A stretch of DNA of 64,000 nt from Mytilus californianus (GCF_021869535.1 NW_026262581.1:4960001-5024000); one strand, 5' to 3'. Positions 41,217 to 52,435 are shown, numbered from the stretch's first letter. Program-made: numbers and translations. The notes: a model not told the origin generated them from the sequence alone.

Positions 41217-41815
41217 ACAGTATGGTCTGATGACCAGTTTTTCACTTTTCAATGGAAAACTTGCATGTAGTTTTAGTCTCATTTGGCATATATTTGAACC
41301 ACTTACTATCCTAAAGAAGAAAATTATGGTAGCATATGAAATGAATAGGGTGTACTGATCATTGTAAAGTGTTTTTTTAACAGATTTAGAGAAATATTTG
41401 TGACGGACTACAGATTTTATGTACAAAGCTCTTCACATTTCACATACATAAAACAGGCCGTTTAACCAGGGACATAAATACAAATATTCTGCACTTTTTT
41501 TCTGTGATAATCTACTTTTCTCTAGATTCTGAGTTCACAAATGGTTAATTAAATTTGATTTAAGCATAGAAACACAAATATCAGGAACATAAAAAGCTGT
41601 CAGATAGAAAGTCAGCATGGCTCTTAGGCATAAAATGGAAACTGCTTTAAAATGCTTATTTTAGCCGTATAATGCCAAAATGGGACATTTTAACAGAATT
41701 TCTGTCAAACAATTGTAAATCCTTTACTTTTATTGAGTTTGACAAATTGAAACCAGAAAACCATTCAGGAAAGTTGCCAAAGTACAGAATCTACATTTAC
41801 GGAAATCATCTCTTA

Positions 41816-42267
41816 GGCCCGAGAACACAGTTATTTCGTAGTGCATTTCTTTTAGACAATAAATTCAAATTAAATAAATCGCACCTCCTCTATCTCAAAA
41901 AGATTTTTACAGTGTAGTGTACTACTATTGATACAAATAATATCAAAATTATAGAAACTTCTACCAGCTCTAACTCAAAATATTGACAATTCTGTGTTAA
42001 GGGGGGCTAAAATTCAGTTTGACAGCTTCCGACATTCTAATTTTTGACCTTTTTTAACTGGACCAAATCACTACTTAACATAAAGATTCAGCACCCAAAT
42101 TTTTTTAACATGTAATTTCATCCCCTTACTTAATATTTCATGCATAAAATATCAAGAAATAAATTGGGAAAGTGTATCAAAAAAAAATGCAAGTTATACA
42201 CTGTTCACACTAGGGACTATATTCGTAGACAACGAAAACCAAAGGACGATAACTGTGTCCTTGGACC
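41816..42267 (+). mobile_element. 452-bp MITE, copy 2
   Basis: Same TIRs, length and orientation as 38688-39139; TA-flanked. Confidence 0.9.
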
Positions 42268-43313
42268 TAATAAAAAGACCCCATAAAGCCGGCAAATTCT
42301 ATCTTTGTTAACCTGTCATTGCTAAAACAAATTTTTAGGATAATGCCTTTTAAAGCAACTGAATAATTTTATAGATTGATAATATAAACTTGTACAAGTA
42401 TTGATTGTATGAGTACAATGAGAAGTTAACAAGAAACTACATTCTCAATGACCTTCCAGACAGACAATTTTTTTAAACCCAACTATCTATATTATGGCAT
42501 GAATTTCTGATAAAACTAATGGTAAAATCAACATTGAACTGTTCAATCCCAACATGGAGACATATATCTGCATTCCGAAATTAGACAAATTTGATATATT
42601 TATTTTTTTCAGTGAATTGAGAAATACATGTTGGTTTGATAGATTTGTCGGAAACATGAAATGCATACTATTTACTTTTATATATCTAGGTCCAGCCATG
42701 CCTTAAAACTTAATATCTAGATGCACCAGTTTGTCTGTACTCAAGTAGATTTTGTGGTGTAAACACAGTTATATTTGTCAATTCCTTTTTAAGAACCTTA
42801 ACAGATTTATTGCACTTTGTAATATTTTCCACAAAATCAAAAATAATTTATTTGGCTGAGTGGACCCAACCTGGTCAATTAATATTTTTGCAGATCCCCC
42901 TGGATCATACACTCAGTGATCTCATAACAAATTCTGATATCATTGGTCAAGTTTGCATGAATAATGCGACTTGAGTGGTTCAGATTTCTATGAATTACAG
43001 ATCACGAAATTCATTTTCCTCCATCTGTCCATTATCCTGCCCTCAGGACAAATATTGAAATTTACATAGCTACATGAATAAATGCAAAATTATTGTAAAT
43101 AGTTTGTCAAAATGAAAATTTGCTCTATAACCATAATTGAATATTATATACTGTAACCTTCACCAATCGAATACACCCAAAAAAAAATTTTGAAAATGAA
43201 TCTATTTTTTTACTGTTACTTTTAGAACTCTGTGGTATTGAAACCTTATGATTAGAATCAATCGCAAACCAAAGTTTCCTTGGTCTTTTTTGTATTGCTA
43301 ATACTAGTCTTAC

Positions 43314-43316
43314 CAT
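43314..43316 (-). CDS. TUBA: Alpha-tubulin, exon 1 coding part (ATG only)
   Basis: aaaATG|gtaaga. An intron straight after the start codon is the conserved animal alpha-tubulin arrangement. A CpG-containing 5' UTR/promoter lies adjacent. Confidence 0.8.
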
Positions 43317-43480
43317 TTTCTATGAATTAACTCCTCTCCCTGCTGTCAATGAGCCGTTGAGAGTGTCTGTAATCAGAGCGGGAAAGTGTTGTAAAAAATA
43401 CCGGAAATGGGAGGAGTCAACGGCGCTGGTGGTATAGACCTCCTTTTATCATTATCTGTGTACTCAGGAACATATATATT
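43317..43480 (-). promoter_or_regulatory. Alpha-tubulin 5' UTR and core promoter
   Basis: CpG-enriched relative to its surroundings; ETS-like CCGGAAAT at 43401-43408; TATATAT-like tract at about 43472-43480. Confidence 0.5.
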
Positions 43481-43900
43481 GTTAGATATACTGTTCCCAG
43501 GTGTACTATGATACGCGGATCTAGTCAAATTCTTGTATTGAAGGAGCTCCTGAAATATTTCAGAACTCTATATCTCGAATTTAGGATATTCATAAATCAT
43601 TGAGGACCTCCACAAATAATCGGTAAAAATTGCTGTATTTCCGGAGGTCATAGACCTTATATATTTCAGAATTTCCATACTTAACCACTGCATAATCAGC
43701 GAAGGAGCCGGGGATGAAGCTGAAAATGATAGAGGACTCTGAATTACTCCTAGACTATTTGACTATAGAAAAGCGTTTTTTTTTGCTTGTCACTTTCAGA
43801 ATACCACCCCCCCCCCTTTTTTTCACACACACTTTCCAGTCCACTCCCACGTTGCCGCTATTTTCGTCCATATTTCAATTTTAACAATTATAATTAGATA

Positions 43901-44051
43901 CAGAGGCGGATCCGGGGGGGGGGGGGGGGTCCGGGGGTTGGAACCCCCCTTTTTTGACGATCAATGCATTTGAATGGGGACATATAGTTGGAACCCCCCT
44001 ATATCCTGGGTTAGGAACCCCCCCTTTTATAAATGGCTGGATCTGCCCCTG
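43901..44051. mobile_element. 151-bp MITE with CAGRGGCGGATCC TIRs and an apparent 5-bp TSD
   Basis: CAGAGGCGGATCC...GGATCTGCCCCTG; AGATA on both sides. An inverted sister copy lies at 58724-58871. Confidence 0.8.
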
Positions 44052-44137
44052 AGATATGACAATATAAGCAACAAACATGAGACATTGTACAGCATATAAT
44101 GTGACAAATAATATAATAGACATTAATAATAAAAATA

Positions 44138-44430
44138 CATGTTTAACCCCGCCGCATTTTTGCGCCTGTCCAAAGTCAGGAACCTCTGGCCTTTGTTAGT
44201 TTTGTATATTTTTTTAAATTTTAGTTCATTTATATGTTTTGGAGTTTAGTGTGACGTCCATTTTCACTGAACTAGTACACAATTTTATTAAGGGGCCAGC
44301 TGAGGACCACCTCCGGGTGCGGGATTTTCTCGCTGCGTTGAAGACCCATTGGTGGACTTCGGCTGTTGTCTTCTCTTTGGTCGGGTTGTTGTCTCTTTGA
44401 AATATTCCCCATTTCCATTCTCAATTTTAT
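44138..44430 (+). mobile_element. Short interspersed repeat, same family as 16851-17108
   Basis: Direct sequence similarity along its length. Confidence 0.75.
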
Positions 44431-45398
44431 TATAAGTACACTTGAATATTTTTTCCCATTATTATTTCTATGCCCAGTAGTGCACCTAATGTTCACATCA
44501 GCACAATTATCATTTAAGCATCCATTAGTAGTTAAATATTTGATTTCAATAAATTAATTTATGACCTGCATGTACGTGTCGCTTAGAACACGACCAAATG
44601 TTCAATATTAATCATCCGTGTAATGTGCTCTATGGGATGTTTACAAACTTACAACGGAGGAAATTTCTTGGCATGAAATATAGTTTGTTCATCTTCAGGA
44701 GACACCAAGGGACGAGGCTTAAGGATAGCTGCAACAGCAATCTTCCTCGTGTCAAAAGCAGATGAACAAGTAAACCCTATAACACAACCAAAAAAAAAAT
44801 AAGAATAAACTTAAATTATTATCTGTAAAGATTGATATTTCTTCATCTGCAGGATACACCAAGGGACGGTACTCTCGGATATTATCATAGGCAGTAACAG
44901 CAATCCTCCCCTTGTCAGAAGCAGATGAACAAAATAAATAGAGAAATTGAAATCTGGTCAATTTACAAATAAATTAATAAATAACAACAATGGCTAATTA
45001 TGTGAAAAATGTCATATCAATCTGCTATTTGCAGTAATATTATTGAAATTAGAGTTACAATGATTGTGCATTTTATTTTAAATCGTAAATCATCAGTACG
45101 AATGTTTGGAGTATGTTTTTTTTCTTTGTTTCTTTTTGTGATCCGTGTTAATTTATATGCCATCTGCGGGCCCTTTAAAAATGAATTATTCATAATTCAT
45201 TTCAGTCAAAGGAGTTGTTGGTACACACGCCAATAACACGGCAATATAAGTATGCAAAAAATCTAAAAACATCAACAGGTCAACATACATTTTTCAACAA
45301 TAGTTAAGAGTCAATACTAATGAAAAAGAATACTTTGTCAAAATCAATGGACCCACAAGAGGATGTATCACGCGGTGTAAGAAATGGGGAGAAAGATA

Positions 45399-46835
45399 GC
45401 ACTAAATTTTCTCCTTGACAACATTAATGTACGTTTCGGCAAAAAAGTTTATTGACAGATTGTAGGTATTCCTATGGGCACCAAATGTGCCCCGTTAATA
45501 GCCGACTTGTTCCTTTACTGAACAACACTTACCGTTATCTTGATGATATTTTTTCGTTAAATAATCAAGAATTCTCTAACTATACTGCTGAAATTTACCC
45601 AAAGGAACTTACTTTAAATAAATCTAATATCAACAGCAATAACTGTCCTTTCCTAGATTTAGATATTTCAGTATTGCACCAGAAATTCTACACAAAAATT
45701 TACGACAAAAGGGATAATTTTTCTTTCCCTATTGTTAATTTTCCCTTTTTGGACGGTGATGTTCCTTTGGCACCGTCTTACGGTGTTTATATATCCCAAC
45801 TCGTTCGCTATGCTCGTGTTAGTAGTGACGTTTTGGATCTCAATGAGCGTAATCTATGTATTACTAGTAAATCATTAAGTCAGGGATTTCGTTACTACAA
45901 ATTACTTAAAACCTTTACTAAATTCTTTGATAGATACAAACATTTGGTCTGCAAGTTTGGCTGTACCTTGGTAGAAAACTTATTTCAAACGGAATAGCGC
46001 ATCCTAAATTTTACGGTGATGTTGTAAACCGAGCCCGGAAATTTAGATACGATCCGGGTAAACTAATCAATCCTTTAAATAAACTCATTCTAAAAGGTTA
46101 CATATTCAACACTGTAATTAAATCTTTGAATATTGTTTTTATTGGTGTAAATATTGATTCTGTTATCAGTGAATTAAAACCATACTAAATATTACACATA
46201 TGTACTTTCACGGTACTACAATCTGTCGATACGTATAGTTTAGCATTGCACAAGGTCATGTTTTTCTCTGACTGTTAATGACGTCTTTACACTAAATCCA
46301 TTGGATGTTGGATGTGTACTGATTGATATTTTAGTCTTAGATACATGATTTTTTTCATTAGTTGTTATTGGCTTTGAACTAGCTGTCAGTTACTGCGAGT
46401 ACTCTCAGATCTGTACTTAGTGTCATTTTGTTTTGGGGATGTATAAGTACCCGTCCACGTCCACTTTGTGTTTTTTGTTAGATGTATTTCTGTGTGTATC
46501 CATCTGATGAGTTAAGCCTTTTTCAACTGATTTTTATAGTTTGTTCTTATGTTGTACTGTTACACCACTGTCCCAGGTTAGGGGAGAGTTGAGCGCTCAC
46601 AAACATGTTCAACCCCGCCACATTCTTTATGTACCTGTCCCAAGTCAGGAGCCTGTAGTTAATCGGTTGTTGTTGGTTCATGTCTGTCATATTTGTTTTT
46701 CGTAAACTGTTTTATTATAAATTAGGCCGTTAGTTTTCTCAATTGAATTGTTGCATATTTTTCATGTCGGGGCCTTTTATAGCCGACATACGGTATGGGT
46801 TTTTCTCATTGTTGAAGGCCGTATGGTTGCCTATA
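45399..46835 (+). mobile_element. 5'-truncated, decayed Penelope-like retroelement with a C-terminal RT (Naiad-type) and its 3' UTR
   Basis: ALNFLLDNINVRFG..VY*QIVGIPMGTKCAPLIADLFLY, RYLDDIF, FLDL, KIYDKRDNFSFPIVNFPFL, YGVYISQLVRYAR. After a frameshift, GIAHPKFYGDVV...ELKPY* (stop 46186-46188) with no downstream GIY-YIG. Carries one stop, an internal deletion and frameshifts. Confidence 0.85.
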
Positions 46836-48682
46836 TATATAAATCGCATTCGGTGATATCACTAATGAGGGAAACCTAAGAGGATTTTGGTTACGACAAA
46901 TGGGACAAGTCCGTAATCATCTGTGACACAAATATTCCATAACAGTCAAACGATACATGATGGCGTCCATAAAACTTTCATAGAAATTACTTCACTTTTA
47001 TAGCCACAACGAATCTCAGATTCAATAATGTCCATGTAAGCATCAACCCCTTTCAAACAATTCATGATTTGAAACCCAAGCCCTAAAAATCGTATCAATC
47101 TTATGGAAGATTTATACTTAGGTACTGATGAAATGTTGCTATATAAAATGGAAAGTTCAAAATCGGAAAATGAAAAATATTTATTTGTCGTAAATTCATA
47201 TTTGCCAAATTGTGATCAGATCCTCGTGTCAATTTCTAGATGTAAGTCAATACATGATCAAACCTAAACGTGTCTGTGATATCCTTTATTGCAAGTTCAA
47301 TGGGATATATGTGATCAAGATAGCGGCAAGTGTAGTTAAAGAGTTATTGCATTTTTCTTTAGAACTTGAGCCCCGTTATGAAGTCTATATATTTGTACCA
47401 ATAGGAATGTCGACTGTCAATTAAAAGTGCTACCTTGTATGATATGGGATTTACAAATGTATTATCTCCTACTTTTGATACTTTGAGATTTCTAATTTTG
47501 TTTGTTTTCAGTGTACCTACTTGTGAGAGTTTCTGGAGTAGCCTTTCTTAGTTACCTTGTTAGTTTAATCTTGACTTTCAAAGGGAGATAACTAGCCCGA
47601 TTATCAATATTTCTGTACTGTTACGATATTACTTTGAAATTAATATTTCAGAAATTTTTACTGACGCAATGTTTACAGGTTATTACGCAAAAGACCCAGG
47701 TGTTACCATGCAATTTTGATATCCGTTTTTTTGTGTTGATTACTCTAGATTCCAAGTAATTTGCTTCGAGCATTATTGATGAAAAATAAGTCTCAAAAAG
47801 GCGCATATGTTCAACAGTTGCATTAAATAAGCATTGGTATCTTGTAATTTTGAATCATTACACAGAAGATACAAGGCTGCAAGATAAGGCTTGAAAGTCG
47901 GTCTAAATCGCAAACTAATGTGTATAATGCTGTAAACCACAGGTCTATGGTTATAAACATAACAGCCTGATCACATATTCCTTTTTTACATATAATACTG
48001 ATTTGTTGAATTTTTAATTCCCGTCGAAAATTTACAATCATCATGCGAGATATTTTCCTGCTTAAGTTGGCTTCACCAGTTCGGTGATTGCACATGAAGT
48101 TTTGGATTACCAATAATTAGTTTCTTTAGTCATTTCAGAATATTTTTTGTAGTTGAAAAAAAAATAGAGCCTGCGAAACTGAGCACCTCTTGCAGCCACA
48201 AATGCCTGGTGACCTCTACCTTTGATCTTAAACCTTCTGCTCTCCTTTTGCGAAAACATTGTGAAAACCATGTTTATTTTAACAAAAAAAATACGGACGG
48301 AATTAACTAGTATTACACTCATATTTTGCAACTCTATCCGGTAAAATTTATTGTTCATTTATAGGGTTCGTGTTTTCGTCATCATATTCATCATACCACA
48401 ATACAGGAATTACCAAAAGCATTGTACAGTACAACAACCTTCACCAACACCCTGCTCCTCCGGACAAAAATAGACACAAAACCAAAGATAAACAACAACA
48501 AACAACTTACGGTCCATATAGCCTGACTTGGTACAGGCATACAATGTGATGACAATTCTATGTACAAAGGGGTAAATTATGTACCAAACGTTATATAAGA
48601 TTAAACCTCTTTCATCTTTATTTTTCTAAACATGTTCATTAAATATCGACCAAAGGTTTTGCCATTTTCATATTCGTTTTAT

Positions 48683-49222
48683 TTACTGTCTTATCCTGTT
48701 TCTTCGTTGTTGTGCGCTTTCTGCATATAGTATAACAAAGAACAGGAAGCTGTATAAAATCATATATGGAAAAAATCCGTTTGCTATTATCATTATGGAA
48801 AAAGTATATCCACACCAAATCAATGCCATTACAGACCGACTTCGGCATTCAAATATTCCGAACAAAGTTTCTTGGATTTCATAGATCCAATTTCGGAAGA
48901 CCTCTACAAACCCTACAAACATCGGTCTGCGCTGCTGTCGATTCCAGACAACAAGGCGATCCAAGTTGTCCATCAGATCACTGTTTGAAGAAGTGTCCGA
49001 AAAAGAGTCCGATTGCTCGGAAAAATCATCAGCATTAATTCTTCCATTGAGAGATTCATCACTTCCATCGAACCTAGGAAATGAAATGGCATCGACCCGA
49101 CAAGGAAGCCGACTATCCTCTTCGACAGAAACATCCAGATCTCCTTCCATATCGCTTACTCGTTCTGATATTGAGTCATCGCTTTGTGTGGCAATAGACC
49201 GAACAGCAACATAACCTTCATC
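48683..49222 (-). CDS. Membrane-anchored RING protein, last exon (acidic Ser/Asp linker, ~38-aa hydrophobic hairpin, basic tail QQRRNRIRQ)
   Basis: Acceptor tttgttagtttcag|GAT, phase 0, in frame with ORF 48683..49150; stop TAA at 48683-48685. Confidence 0.72.
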   Translation of the reverse strand, partial: DEGYVAVRSIATQSDDSISERVSDMEGDLDVSVEEDSRLPCRVDAISFPRFDGSDESLNGRINADDFSEQSDSFSDTSSNSDLMDNLDRLVVWNRQQRRPMFVGFVEVFRNWIYEIQETLFGIFECRSRSVMALIWCGYTFSIMIIANGFFPYMILYSFLFFVILYAESAQQRRNRIRQ

Positions 49223-51086
49223 CTGAAACTAACAAATCAAAATCTTAGTAATTCTCCCCAAAATTATTTTTGGACCCAAGAAAACGTGAAATATTGATTG
49301 ATCAAGTTTTGGCTATTTATATATAGCCATCTTAGGTAAGAAATCAATACAAGATTTCAAGAGTATTCTAAGAGGTCCAACAAGCTATTCTCAAAGCCAA
49401 CAGCCAAAACACCTTTTATGCAAGTATAAATAAGCTTTACCAAAAAGCTTGCCTAATCTCAGCAACATTCAAAGTGGATATATCTTAAAATATTTACTGT
49501 GCATCTTTTAAAATAATAGTTACCTTGGCTTATATAAGACATCTAATAATTGAAAATATATAAATAATTATTATCTGTGGCATGACCATAATAATTTCAC
49601 CGAAAGGTAAGGGTAAAAAACTGTTTGGTATTTTTTTCTTATGCCATTTTGTGGGGGGGGGGGGGGGTTACTTCCTCGTGGCTCCGTACTTTAATTTTAA
49701 TTACATTGGTCAATTAGATCAAAGAAGCCTTTTGTAGCCGCAAATCCAGGATCTGTCGCTGTATAATCTGGAATCTTTATTATATTACGGACTCCTGAAG
49801 GTCGAGCAATTTGGGAAATTAGTATACGTACGTTTTGATGCACAATATATTCTACTTAGGATTGAGTGCTTCTTGTAGCAATTTTGATATGGTGAATAAG
49901 TGGTGACTGAAGGACATTTTATTTGAAGAGTCGAGATAAATTATCAACGGGTTAGGGTTAACAACTTAGGTTTTTTTTGGGGGGGCGCTCACAAACATGT
50001 TTACGATCGCCACATTCTTTTATATGTGCCTGTTCAAAGTCAGGAGACTGTAGTTGGTCCATGTCCATTATATATGTTTTTCGTGAATCGTATTGATATA
50101 AATTAGGCCGTTAGTTTAATCGTTTGAATGGTTTTACATTTTCGTGTTGGGGCCTTTTGTAGCTGACGATACGCTAAGGATTCTTCTCATCATTAAAGGC
50201 CGTACGGTGATCTATAATTGCTTATATCCACGTCAATTCTGGTAGATATAGACTAATTAATTAATTCATTGACAATCATACCTAATCTCATTATTTTTAT
50301 ATTAAAATGTTTGTTGGTATGACAATTAAAATAATACCGGGGAATATCAAAATAATAAGTTCATTCACGAAGGTTAAAGAATTTATTATGTCTGGCCCTT
50401 TTAAATATTTAATAGTGCATACCTGTATGGAAAAAAGATACTCGAAGACATGTTATATATGTTGAACTACAATATAACCAAAATAAACAGACTTGCTTAA
50501 TATAATCAACTATCCGATGGAGGGCAAGTCAACTCTATTTGCAAATTAAGGCGAAGCATAAATAATTTGGCGGTTTTCGAACTTTAATGAAATGATCATT
50601 GCTCTATTATAAAACATATAAGTTTAAATAAATGTTGTGGGCAGGTTTCAAAACAAATTTAAAGTGAAGAAAATGTATTTTTGGTCAGGTTTAAAACAAA
50701 ATAGAATGCTTTTACAGTATCTTTACGCGCATTCTATACATTCATAGATTTGCTTCACAAAGTTTTAATTGATCTTTAGGAGTATAATTGTTACGTACAT
50801 CGTTCTTTGATATTCAGAGGCAGTTCAACAAGAACTAATTGCATACGACATTTCAAAAAAATCCGATGAAATAATTTGACTCTCGGCTTGGAAATTAAAA
50901 CGAAGAGAGAATTATCTTGTTTTCTAATTGTTTTTTTGTAACCTTTATATCTATCTATTTCTGCCCGTTCCATGGACATGACTAATTCTAATTCCCAATA
51001 GAATGTGATCTTTTTTTTTCTTTGTGACTCCTTTGATTTATATTTGTTGCAAATATGACTACATTTGTAACGCTTATTTGTCCTAC

Positions 51087-51270
51087 CTTTTTATCTTGTT
51101 CACGCCAGTTTTCAACAAAATCTTGAATGGAGTAATTGACGTACATTCGCCTGTTCAGAACTGATGAAACTAGTGTCCTTTTTCGACATGTCGGACAAGA
51201 GAACTTCAATCTTGCGAATGGACATTGAGGAAATTGTTCTTTTGTCAGTCTGGCAAGATTTTTAAGGCAG
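51087..51270 (-). CDS. RING protein exon: second half of the C3HC4 finger (CLKNL...FSCPTCRK...NYSIQDFVENW)
   Basis: Acceptor ttgtctttataatttcag|C, donor AAG|gtagga; phase 2 to 0. Confidence 0.85.
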
Positions 51271-51482
51271 CTGAAATTATAAAGACAATTTGTTTTGTGC
51301 ATACTGATGGGACTCGAAACAAATTTTTCTATTTTACATCGTGACAATCCGAACCTGACAAGCAAGTTTATTGTGGAATTTTCACGCTTGCGCGATTTCT
51401 TATTTTATATCTTCGTTTCATATATTTGTTATAATGAGCATTTATTCGTTTGTAGAATCTTGTAGTATTGGGCTATTCTTAC

Positions 51483-51591
51483 CTTGTACAAAAGCTGTGT
51501 CCACATTGCAGTGTATGTGGTCGACGGTACACACCAAGACAAATGCTGCATCGAAGAAGCTTACTCCAAGACGTAAAAGAACTATTTGCGT
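51483..51591 (-). CDS. RING protein exon: first half of the C3HC4 finger (LLRCSICLGVYRRPHTLQCGHSFCT)
   Basis: Donor AG|gtaaga, phase 2, joins the next exon to give C-x2-C-x11-C-x-H-x2-C-x2-C-x20-C-x2-C. An alternative in-frame start (MEIVD) lies at 51604. Confidence 0.87.
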
Positions 51592-51638
51592 CTACGATTT
51601 CCATAATACAAAAGTGCAAATCCAGCCATATATTATAC

Positions 51639-51678
51639 CTTTACTTGACAAGTTTGGTGAAGTCTTGACCGGCGCCAT
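51639..51678 (-). CDS. RING protein, probable first coding exon (MAPVKTSPNLSSK)
   Basis: Strong Kozak context ACCATGG; donor G|gtataa, phase 1. Requires a 47-nt intron (51592-51638). This model gives 290 aa, versus 281 aa from the 51604 start. Confidence 0.5.
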
Positions 51679-51814
51679 GGTAAAAGCACAACTATTAGTG
51701 ACGTCTGTGTGCTTTTTTGGAATTGTGACGCTGTATATAGTTGCTGTTTTCTGATTTTCCCGCAACAACAGAAGAATTACTAGTTGCTGGTGGATGTAGT
51801 AAAGCATAGAATAA
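51679..51814. promoter_or_regulatory. Putative compact bidirectional promoter
   Basis: 136 bp between divergent ATGs; CRE-like TGACGTCT (51699-51706), TGACG (51726-51730), TATATA (51734-51739), E2F-type TTTCCCGC (51756-51763). Confidence 0.55.
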
Positions 51815-52186
51815 ATGATGGGAAGCAGGAGCCCTAGTCCAAAGAAAGTGACATTTGCTGATGAACAACCGAGACACAGTCATTCTCCTATTCCCTTGAT
51901 ACGCGACAACATGTCGTTCCTTCATAGGCGATTGGTAGAAATGATGGAGGAAGCTAGACAGCTCCGTGATGAAACTTCGTCGTTGGTGGGGGATTATTTA
52001 GATTTAGAGAAAAAATTCAGGAGTCTTAGACTAGTGAGCAAAGATACTATGAAAGAGGTAGAACAGCACAATCAGAACCTTGACGAAGTGATTTATCTCA
52101 ACAAAGTAATAAGACATCTAAAGGATGCTGACAGTAACATGCAATATGTGCCTTGTGTAGTGTATAAGAATGATACATCTCGATAG
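51815..52186 (+). CDS. Intronless 123-aa protein: SP-rich N-terminus with an RVxF-type motif (KKVTFADE), then a predicted coiled coil
   Basis: Open 372-nt frame with protein-like composition and heptad periodicity over about residues 38-104; AATAAA at 52436-52441. No family recognised. Confidence 0.68.
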   Translation: MMGSRSPSPKKVTFADEQPRHSHSPIPLIRDNMSFLHRRLVEMMEEARQLRDETSSLVGDYLDLEKKFRSLRLVSKDTMKEVEQHNQNLDEVIYLNKVIRHLKDADSNMQYVPCVVYKNDTSR

Positions 52187-52435
52187 AGATAACAGTGAGC
52201 CATATACAAGCAGCAAAGAGTACATCTATGGGGCATTATTTCACATACGGTAACGTTCGGATAAAAAGTGTTGGCAAACACTATCAGTGTAATTTAGATG
52301 AAGAGTTTGCAACTGTTAAAATATGAAAGTGTTTTATTGTTACTTATACTTATCATTTTGCTTTTGCTTTCAATAATTTTGTTTCAAGATCTATTGTTCA
52401 TTTTATATTTTGTATTTCCAATGTATTTTCAATGT

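Noticed and set aside
44690-44940. Two diverged ~90-bp direct repeats with short minus-strand frames
   Set aside because: Too degenerate; no splice sites or recognisable family.
45453-45455. In-frame TGA in the Penelope RT as a possible selenocysteine (some Naiads encode selenoproteins)
   Set aside because: It falls at the Arg of the YRQ motif (CGA to TGA CpG decay), the copy also has frameshifts, and no SECIS-length stem was found.
46495-46545. Hammerhead ribozyme at CTGATGA
   Set aside because: No GAAA core after stem II and no convincing stems I and III.
47780-48420. ORFs 47823..48113 and 48107..48358
   Set aside because: No recognisable motifs or splice framework; possibly old repeat debris.
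48766-49214. Plus-strand ORFs 48766..49038 and 48966..49214, and also 51371..51754 and 51468..51668
   Set aside because: Antisense to the RING exons. The Cys spacing in 51468..51668 does not form a coherent domain, while the minus strand gives a complete RING.
49705-50886. Two extra candidate RING-gene exons (50799-50886 and 49705-49794)
   Set aside because: Each is open, but joining them creates TGA at the junction and the phases do not return to the last exon. The direct 51087-to-49222 splice is simpler.
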